From: Bacteriovoracia bacterium
GTDB lineage: Bacteria; Bdellovibrionota; UBA1018; JBFWNL01
DNA length: 64,000 bases
Direction of reading: 5' to 3'
NCBI GenBank assembly: GCA_050251055.1
Contig: JBFWNL010000010.1
Span: 65,833-129,832, forward strand
The notes under the pieces are model-generated. The model did no database searches. It was given only the letters and a program-made list of their open reading frames with translations, and was not told where the DNA came from. A program made the translations under genes and the position numbers. Below, in pieces: positions 57,761-64,000 of the stretch. Positions within the stretch are counted from its first letter, which is position 1. The number at the start of each line of letters is the position of its first letter.

Positions 57761-58440
57761 CGGCTACCTCCCGCAGGGGAAGTAGCGGCGCCCGAGGAAG
57801 TCGCGGTCTGCGCCGTGCGCGCCACCTCGTCGGCCTTCGATGCATTATAGCGGTAGACCTTGATCTTCAGATCCCCCTGGAGCTCCACGAAGCGCCCCAC
57901 GGAAAGACCCGATTTATTCACCGGCTCCACGTTGAGCTCGTCCACGCGAACGATGCGATTCACCTTGGAGAGCCGCTCCAGGAAAACGACCACCTGGGCG
58001 TAAATGCCTTTGAATGCGACCACGAAGGTATTTTCAAAATAAAACTCGTCTTGTGATTTCTTCTCGCCTGCCGGGCGGATCCCGCCGATGCGCAACCCCA
58101 CCTTCTTAGCCTCGGTGTCGACCATCTTCACGAACGAGGCGACATCGAGCTCCTCGGACAACGTTGTTTTCATCTCGCCAAGCTGGGTAGCCAGCGCGCG
58201 GATTTCCGTGCGCTTCTCCTCCAGCTTTCGGTAAAAGTCCTCCGCGTCTTGGGCCTTCTTTTCGAGCCCGATATTATCGTTACGAATACGCTCTACGTCC
58301 GCCTGCTTCTGCAGGTACTCGGACTGCGTGGGATCATTCATGAAGGTGTAATATCCGAAGTAGCCGATGTACACCCCGAGGTACAAAAGCAGCGCCGGGA
58401 TCCAGGGAATTTTCGCGAGGATGTTTTTCAGCTGCTCCAT
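57757..58440 (-). CDS. pilO: Type IV pilus protein PilO
   Basis: TM, coiled coil, GIYAQVVVFLERLSKVNRIV, VYRY. Confidence 0.9.
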   Translation of the reverse strand: MEQLKNILAKIPWIPALLLYLGVYIGYFGYYTFMNDPTQSEYLQKQADVERIRNDNIGLEKKAQDAEDFYRKLEEKRTEIRALATQLGEMKTTLSEELDVASFVKMVDTEAKKVGLRIGGIRPAGEKKSQDEFYFENTFVVAFKGIYAQVVVFLERLSKVNRIVRVDELNVEPVNKSGLSVGRFVELQGDLKIKVYRYNASKADEVARTAQTATSSGAATSPAGGSR

Positions 58441-59081
58441 CAGCGCTTCCTCACCTTAGCCGTCAGCGAAAAACTCGCCAGATCGACGTTGTCGACTTTC
58501 CGTTGTTCGGTCGAACTCAGGTTCAGCCCCTCAAAGAGCGCGCTTTCACTTAAGCTTTTCATGAAGTCCGAGATCAAATTCAGATCCATGGAGTTCCCGG
58601 ACACGCTGACACTGTCACCGCCCACCGTGAATCTCTCGAGCCATACATTAGGCGGAATCACGTCCGAAAGAAGCATGAGCATATTGATCGTGCCTCGGCG
58701 ATCAGTCATGAGGCTATGGATAGTGTCGATCTTGGTCTTGATGACGATTTCGTCGGCGTCCAGCTGCTTCTTGATCGCCTCATAACCTGAAGTCTTGGCG
58801 ATACGCGCCTTCAATTCCGCTTGTCGGCGGTTTTCCTCGGTGACGAGCTTGCCCACTTCCTCCATTTTTTCCGCTTGGAAGCCGTCCCACCACCAGTTGG
58901 CCGCGAGCGCGACCACGATGCAGACGACGATTTGGACGATTACCCCGCGCAGCTCCTGAACGTCCTCGAGATTGAACTTCACGCGGTTCATGCGGCTGGC
59001 GGTGGTCGCGGAGGTGCCGGTGCCGCCTTCGGAACTTGCGAACGCCGCCTGTTTTTTCTGGGCGAGATTGATTTTGATCAT
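58440..59081 (-). CDS. pilN: Type IV pilus protein PilN
   Basis: MIKINL, TM, IPPNVWL, ISDFMKSL. Confidence 0.92.
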   Translation of the reverse strand: MIKINLAQKKQAAFASSEGGTGTSATTASRMNRVKFNLEDVQELRGVIVQIVVCIVVALAANWWWDGFQAEKMEEVGKLVTEENRRQAELKARIAKTSGYEAIKKQLDADEIVIKTKIDTIHSLMTDRRGTINMLMLLSDVIPPNVWLERFTVGGDSVSVSGNSMDLNLISDFMKSLSESALFEGLNLSSTEQRKVDNVDLASFSLTAKVRKR

Positions 59082-60172
59082 TTCGCTCCCGCTCCCATCC
59101 GCAAGGCCAAGCCGATGGGAATCGCGGCCACGGGTGCGATCGCCGAGATGTAATCCTGCGTGAAGACACTCGGATCATAGGAAATAGCGTTAAACGGATT
59201 GATGATCTGGGTGGGTAATCCCACCGCCTCCTCCACGGTGCGGGAAAGATCGCGCATCTTCGCTCCGCCGCCGGCCAATAATACGTACGTGACCGGCGCA
59301 CCGGACGAGGAAGCGTCGTAGAAATCCAGCGCGCGCTTGATCTCGGAAGCGAAGTTCTCGGCGGAGATATGCATGAGCTCGCTCACCTCTTGGGGCATGC
59401 CAGTGGTTTGGCCGCCGACTTTGAGCGTTTCCGCATCTTCGAACGATAGATTGAGGTGTTTCTGGATTTCGGCCGTGAGGTTCTTTCCGCCGATCGCCGT
59501 ATCCTTCGTGAATACCGGGATATTATTGTGCACGACCACGATCTTGGTACTGCTCGCACCGATATCGACGATCGCCACCGCTTCCGTGGGCTTGGGTGGG
59601 TAGTTGGCCTCAAAAAGATTCTGAAGCGCGAAAAAATCCACGTCGACAATTTTCGGCTTCAACCCCGAATCATCCACGCAGGTCATGTAGCTATCGAGCA
59701 CGGTCTTTTTCACGGCGACCAACATGATGTCGGCCTGCTTGTCTTTCGACTTTGACAAGACTTCGTAATCCATCACGACTTCGGAAACATCGAACGGGAG
59801 ATACTGCTCCGCCTCCCAAAAAACCTGATCTTGCAGCTCGCGCGCATTTTGCACTTCGACGCCCATGCGCTTAACGATGACTGAAGTACCCGAAAGCGAG
59901 GTGCAGACCTGCTTCGATTTCAAGCGAAGCTGATTCACCAAGGTTTTGATGCTTTCCACCACGGCGATGTGATTGACGATCTCCCGGTTGACGATCGCGT
60001 CTTCGGGAAGCTGGATCATGCCGAAGTGCACGAGCTTCCATGACTTGCGATTCTTCACCAGTTCAACGATTTTAACTGATGACGTGCCGACGCTTAGCCC
60101 AACCGCGCTACCGCTTCCGCCAAACGCAAAAGCCCCTGAAATTTTTGCAATTAAATCAGACACGCCCGCCAT
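59078..60172 (-). CDS. pilM: Type IV pilus protein PilM
   Basis: GTSSVKIVEL, EAEQYLPF, VDIGASST, LAGGGA, IGLALR. Confidence 0.95.
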   Translation of the reverse strand: MAGVSDLIAKISGAFAFGGSGSAVGLSVGTSSVKIVELVKNRKSWKLVHFGMIQLPEDAIVNREIVNHIAVVESIKTLVNQLRLKSKQVCTSLSGTSVIVKRMGVEVQNARELQDQVFWEAEQYLPFDVSEVVMDYEVLSKSKDKQADIMLVAVKKTVLDSYMTCVDDSGLKPKIVDVDFFALQNLFEANYPPKPTEAVAIVDIGASSTKIVVVHNNIPVFTKDTAIGGKNLTAEIQKHLNLSFEDAETLKVGGQTTGMPQEVSELMHISAENFASEIKRALDFYDASSSGAPVTYVLLAGGGAKMRDLSRTVEEAVGLPTQIINPFNAISYDPSVFTQDYISAIAPVAAIPIGLALRMGAGAK

Positions 60173-60197
60173 GTAAGGTGCTCCACCCCGTCTCCTA

Positions 60198-60225
60198 AGT
60201 GTACAACGCGAATAGGAAAGATCAA
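60198..60225 (-). promoter_or_regulatory. Putative internal sigma70 promoter for pilM
   Basis: TTGATC-N16-TACACT in the 65-bp gap upstream of pilM. Confidence 0.5.
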
Positions 60226-60237
60226 CCTAGTGGAGCG

Positions 60238-60858
60238 CTAGTAAAAGGAAGTTTCTGCCGAGAGTTCCTGGACCATGACGAGCGTGATGCGATCCATCCG
60301 AATCTCCGTCAAGTCTTTGACGGGGATTAGGCCAAAGGCCACGAGTTCTTTGCCGTCCGTCGGGCGCTGAGTGAAAACCGCGCCGCCTTGGAAGTCGTAG
60401 CAAAGCTCTTTGACCAAGCCGGGAATGCCGAGCTGCTCCCCTTGGTCGAATCCCAGAATTGAATAGTCACCCGCCTGGGCGTCGGGAAGTAGCGACCCTT
60501 CCCGAATTTTCTGACCGCTCGGGTCTGCACAAGTTTTAAGCATCTCGATCTCAAAACGCAGACCCACGGCCTGCGTGAAGCGAAGCCGATAGGAGAAATG
60601 CTCGAGCGCGGCTTCCCGCTTCAGCTGGTTGAGCTCCTGGGAAAGTTGGCGCGCGGCCGTGAGCGTCCGCCACTTTGGCAAGCGATCCATCACGACCGGA
60701 ATGGAGGACAGGATCAGGAAGACGAGGATCGCGGCCAGGATCCAGTTGCGTTTCGTTTTTTTGAGCTGCTGTTCGATGCGCTCCCAAAGCTCGAAAGTCC
60801 GCCAGCTGGCCTGCGACCATCTCTCTTCGGCTACGTCAGTATCGTGAACGGGAACCAT
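60238..60858 (-). CDS. FimT/GspH-like pilin-fold protein lacking a class III cleavage motif
   Basis: TM ending SSIP, then TLTAARQLSQELNQLKREAA, like pilin alpha1; no G|FTLxE. Confidence 0.6.
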   Translation of the reverse strand: MVPVHDTDVAEERWSQASWRTFELWERIEQQLKKTKRNWILAAILVFLILSSIPVVMDRLPKWRTLTAARQLSQELNQLKREAALEHFSYRLRFTQAVGLRFEIEMLKTCADPSGQKIREGSLLPDAQAGDYSILGFDQGEQLGIPGLVKELCYDFQGGAVFTQRPTDGKELVAFGLIPVKDLTEIRMDRITLVMVQELSAETSFY

Positions 60859-61664
60859 AGCAGATCTCGAAAATAGTAGGTGTAAAGCGCCCCAAACACA
60901 AGGAATGGTCCGTAGGGAATCGCCACCGACATCACGTCACGTTTACGGTTAATGAGCGCCCACCCCACCCCGATGACGCTACCGGCGATGGAGCTGAGTA
61001 AAATCGTCGAAAGCACGCCCGAAAATCCCACGTAAGCACCCAACATGGCCAAGAGCTTCACGTCCCCGCCGCCCAGGCCCACCCGCTTGGCGTAGAGGTA
61101 ATAGAGCCAGGAAAAGCCGTAAAAAATTCCGAAGCCCGCCGCGGCTCCGATGAAGGCCCGTAGCAACCCGAGGTCCTGGGTCAGCCACGCGGTGGCCAAC
61201 CCCCACACCAGGCCCCCGAGGCTGAGCTGATCCGGGATGATCCGGTGCTCGAGATCGATGAACGTCACGGCGATGAGGCTCGCTACGAGCGGCAGATCGC
61301 GCACGATCACGAGCGGGGTAAGTCCAAAGCGGATGACGGTGAACAGGAAGAGCAAAGCGGTGAGTAACTCGACGACTGGGTACTGCAAGGAGATTTTTTT
61401 TTCGCAGCCCCGACATTTACCTCGCAGCGCTAGGTAGCTGACGACGGGCAGGTTTTCGTACCAACGAATAGGCCGTTGGCACTGCGGACAGCGGCTCGCG
61501 GGCCACGCCACCGATTCGTCGCGGGGCAGCCGATAGATTACGACGTTCAGAAAGCTCCCGACGACTAGGCCGAAGGCGAGTACGACCGAATAAATGAACC
61601 AATCGGGGGCGGGGTTCCCACCACTACCCATAAACGCGAGCGGGGTATTGAACCATTCGATCAT
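60831..61664 (-). CDS. pilD: Prepilin peptidase / N-methyltransferase
   Basis: GSFLNVVIYRLP, CPQC and CRGC, IDLEHRIIPD, GGGDVKL, PYGPFL. Confidence 0.96.
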   Translation of the reverse strand: MIEWFNTPLAFMGSGGNPAPDWFIYSVVLAFGLVVGSFLNVVIYRLPRDESVAWPASRCPQCQRPIRWYENLPVVSYLALRGKCRGCEKKISLQYPVVELLTALLFLFTVIRFGLTPLVIVRDLPLVASLIAVTFIDLEHRIIPDQLSLGGLVWGLATAWLTQDLGLLRAFIGAAAGFGIFYGFSWLYYLYAKRVGLGGGDVKLLAMLGAYVGFSGVLSTILLSSIAGSVIGVGWALINRKRDVMSVAIPYGPFLVFGALYTYYFRDLLWFPFTILT

Positions 61665-62468
61665 TTAGATTTCCCTACGTTGGATGAGATAGCCAGAAAG
61701 AAGGAGAAAAAACCCACCCAAGAACAGGGAATAGAGAACGGCGGAGACGCCGAACCGAAGACTCACCGGCAATTCGTAAATGACCTTGCTCCCTAGTTGA
61801 AAGTGCTCAAAATCCGGAAATACTCGCGCTAAACCCTGGAGAACGGCCCTGCCGATCGTCGATTCCACCTTAGTAGCGAGAAACTGGACCTGGGAAATAC
61901 TACTACCCACCGCGAAAACCCCTAAAGAAATCATGACCGAAAGCGACGTGGTAGAAAAGGTTGAAAAGAAAACGGTGATCGCGGCCACTAACCAGCTTTG
62001 CAGCAATGCAAGCACCAACCCCCAGCTCAAGGTCACGCTCGCCGTCCCGCCGACGCTATACAAAATCACCAGGAAAACCGCGCTCAAGATCGCCCAATTC
62101 GCCGTAAGCACCATGAGCAGACCGGTGAACTTACCCAACAAGAAATCAAAACGAGAAATAGGCTTCGCTAGCGCGACGAAGATCGTGCGGCGCTCGAACT
62201 CCCTGATCAAAAGGGGGGCGCCAATTAGGATCGCAATAATGGCGGAAGCCAAACTCACCGAAGAAAGACCGAAATCGAGCACCACCCGCTCGGGACGCAC
62301 ATAAGTGAGTTTCGAAGCCAAGAACGCCACCCCCAATAGCAACAAGGCGCACAGTAGAGAGTTATAGAGGATTTTGTCGCGTACGATCTCGCGAAAGCTG
62401 ACTCGCCCTACCGCCCGCAGAACGATAAATTTTCTTCTCAATCCTGAGACCAGAACCTTGAAAATCAT
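61665..62468 (-). CDS. pilI: ABC permease, myxobacterial PilI-like
   Basis: FREIVRDKILY, EFERRTIFVALAKPISR, LGKF; start ATG 62468 overlapping the upstream stop. Confidence 0.8.
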   Translation of the reverse strand: MIFKVLVSGLRRKFIVLRAVGRVSFREIVRDKILYNSLLCALLLLGVAFLASKLTYVRPERVVLDFGLSSVSLASAIIAILIGAPLLIREFERRTIFVALAKPISRFDFLLGKFTGLLMVLTANWAILSAVFLVILYSVGGTASVTLSWGLVLALLQSWLVAAITVFFSTFSTTSLSVMISLGVFAVGSSISQVQFLATKVESTIGRAVLQGLARVFPDFEHFQLGSKVIYELPVSLRFGVSAVLYSLFLGGFFLLLSGYLIQRREI

Positions 62469-63385
62469 CGCCGGAACATCTCCTCTAAAGAAGGACGTAG
62501 CGGGCGTACCCACATCACTTTTAGCTCCTGGTCGATCATCGACTTCAGCAACGGATTCAGATTGTCGGACCCCATGCAGGTCAGCTTCCAACCTTCCGGG
62601 ATCTTTTCCAAGGAAGCGCCCGGAAAGCGATGGTCGAAGTTGGGATCCAATCGCTTCGCGGAAAATCCGATTTCCACCGCGGTTTTGTCCGGGGTCATGA
62701 ATTCGCCGCTAGGACCATATCCTACCAGCTTGCCTTTTTGCAGGACCGCGATCTCCTGACAGATCGATTCCACGTCCTCGATGAGATGCGTGCTAAAAAA
62801 AACCGTGCGCCCTTGCTTACCCAAGCCTAGGATCAGGTCTCGGATCTCGCGGCGGCCGATGGGATCCAGCCCGCTCATGGGTTCGTCGAAAACTAAAAGC
62901 TGCGGATCCGGTAAAATCGCCTGCGCTATACCAATTCGCTGCAGCATCCCCTTGGAATAGGCCCGCAGCTCCTTATGCCGCCCGTGCTCCATATTCACGG
63001 TGGCCAGTACTTCCGGAATACGCGCGGCGATTTGATCCCGGGTAAGCCCAGACAAAGTACCCATGTAGTACAATAGCTGCTCTCCCGTGAGATGCTCGTG
63101 AAAATACGGCCGCTCCGGTGTGTAGCCCAAAACCTTGCGCGCGGTCGGGGTAGAAGCGGGACTCCCGTCAATCTTGACGCTTCCCCGATTGGGTGGACGA
63201 ATTCCCGCCACGAGTTGAATCAAGGTAGTTTTTCCGGCACCATTATGTCCCAATAATCCGAAGACCGAGTTTCGCTTCACGGAGAAAGTGATGTTTTGCA
63301 GCACTTGAACCCGCTTGAGCCAAAACCCCACGCGAAACGACCGGTCCACTTCGTTGATTTCGAGGATATTGGCGTTCACGTTCAT
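62465..63385 (-). CDS. pilH: ABC ATPase, myxobacterial PilH-like
   Basis: GHNGAGKTT, PERPYF, YSKGMLQRIG, DEPMSGLDPIGR. Confidence 0.82.
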   Translation of the reverse strand: MNVNANILEINEVDRSFRVGFWLKRVQVLQNITFSVKRNSVFGLLGHNGAGKTTLIQLVAGIRPPNRGSVKIDGSPASTPTARKVLGYTPERPYFHEHLTGEQLLYYMGTLSGLTRDQIAARIPEVLATVNMEHGRHKELRAYSKGMLQRIGIAQAILPDPQLLVFDEPMSGLDPIGRREIRDLILGLGKQGRTVFFSTHLIEDVESICQEIAVLQKGKLVGYGPSGEFMTPDKTAVEIGFSAKRLDPNFDHRFPGASLEKIPEGWKLTCMGSDNLNPLLKSMIDQELKVMWVRPLRPSLEEMFRR

Positions 63386-63393
63386 GAGGGTCT

Positions 63394-63981
63394 CTATTTT
63401 ATCTGATCGCCCGGGTTTAACAAGGCGTCATCCCCACAAAATTCCGGCAAATTGGCACGAAAGAAACGGGAGTCGGGCACCGCCGGAAGCTTCATATTTT
63501 CCGGGCGAAAAGTGCGGCAAAATTTACTATAGGTTTCGGCATCCCGGCGGCATTCGTCGATCGGCCAGCGCGGATTCTCAAGACAAGCCAAAACTCCAAG
63601 CGCGGTCCGGGTTCCCATGAGCACCTTGAGGGCGCTCTCCGAGGAAGATTCGTCCCCCAACACGAGCGACGCACGATGGCCGTAAAACAATGTCTCCAGC
63701 CACTGACTTCGGGACGCTTGACTATACGCTAAGGAATCGACCGGGATCATCTGGTGCGCATGATGCAAATCGACGACTACTTTGTCGCTCTGGCCACGTT
63801 GTTCATGCAAACGCGCCAGCGTACGGTAGGTAATCGGCGAGTCTTTGCCACCCCAATTCAATTCGTAGCGGATAAAGTTCTCGAGAGTGGAGTAATGCAG
63901 GCCAGCATGTAAGGCGAATGCCAGCAAAACATAAACGGGCATCCCCTTACGAATCCCCCCCCATAACCCTTTCGTCGCCAT
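63394..63981 (-). CDS. Membrane-anchored hypothetical protein
   Basis: 195-aa ORF with N-terminal TM and 4 Cys; 8 bp upstream of pilH. Confidence 0.65.
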   Translation of the reverse strand: MATKGLWGGIRKGMPVYVLLAFALHAGLHYSTLENFIRYELNWGGKDSPITYRTLARLHEQRGQSDKVVVDLHHAHQMIPVDSLAYSQASRSQWLETLFYGHRASLVLGDESSSESALKVLMGTRTALGVLACLENPRWPIDECRRDAETYSKFCRTFRPENMKLPAVPDSRFFRANLPEFCGDDALLNPGDQIK

Positions 63982-64000
63982 TCGCCGGCGCGCCTCGACC

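Noticed and set aside
63394-63981. Calling this gene pilG from its position before pilH
   Set aside because: No recognisable PilG/TPR features; position alone is insufficient.
1-64000. tRNA/rRNA genes, CRISPR arrays, IS elements, prophage or defence systems
   Set aside because: No cloverleaf, repeat-spacer array, transposase, integrase or nuclease motifs seen by eye; short RNAs could have been missed.

Overview
GC-rich, densely coding chromosomal segment, most likely from a Bdellovibrionota-type (predatory, former Deltaproteobacteria) bacterium. The taxonomy is inferred from gene content and order, not from a marker search. Core content: ISC Fe-S operon (iscRSUA-hscBA-fdx), kdsB-pyrG-kdsA-kdsC-ivd, an M16 peptidase pair, ald, orphan fliL, class A PBP, a CHASE2 kinase/sigma54 activator pair, parvulin PPIase, rplM-rpsI and agmatinase. 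A ~20 kb minus-strand run pilH-pilI-pilD-X-pilMNOPQ-TPR-efp-accB-accC-sgmX-like-tamB-tamA-like mirrors the myxobacterial pil locus. No tRNA, rRNA, CRISPR array or transposase was seen. Most notable: (1) a three-gene cassette at 40251-42246 encoding a CxxC/RAPP-arrest leader ORF, a His-tailed outer-membrane barrel, and a secreted protein with 3x4 histidines in exact heptad register, a candidate new metal-sensing/uptake/storage system; (2) a Hypr-type GGDEF (Thr354 at the specificity position, candidate 3',3'-cGAMP synthase) paired with an AglZ-like pseudo-receiver; (3) a small island of disulfide-rich secreted miniproteins, one with defensin-like Cys spacing; (4) a sigma28-type promoter ahead of a secreted protein-glutaminase. 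All family calls come from motif recognition by eye; no searches were run.
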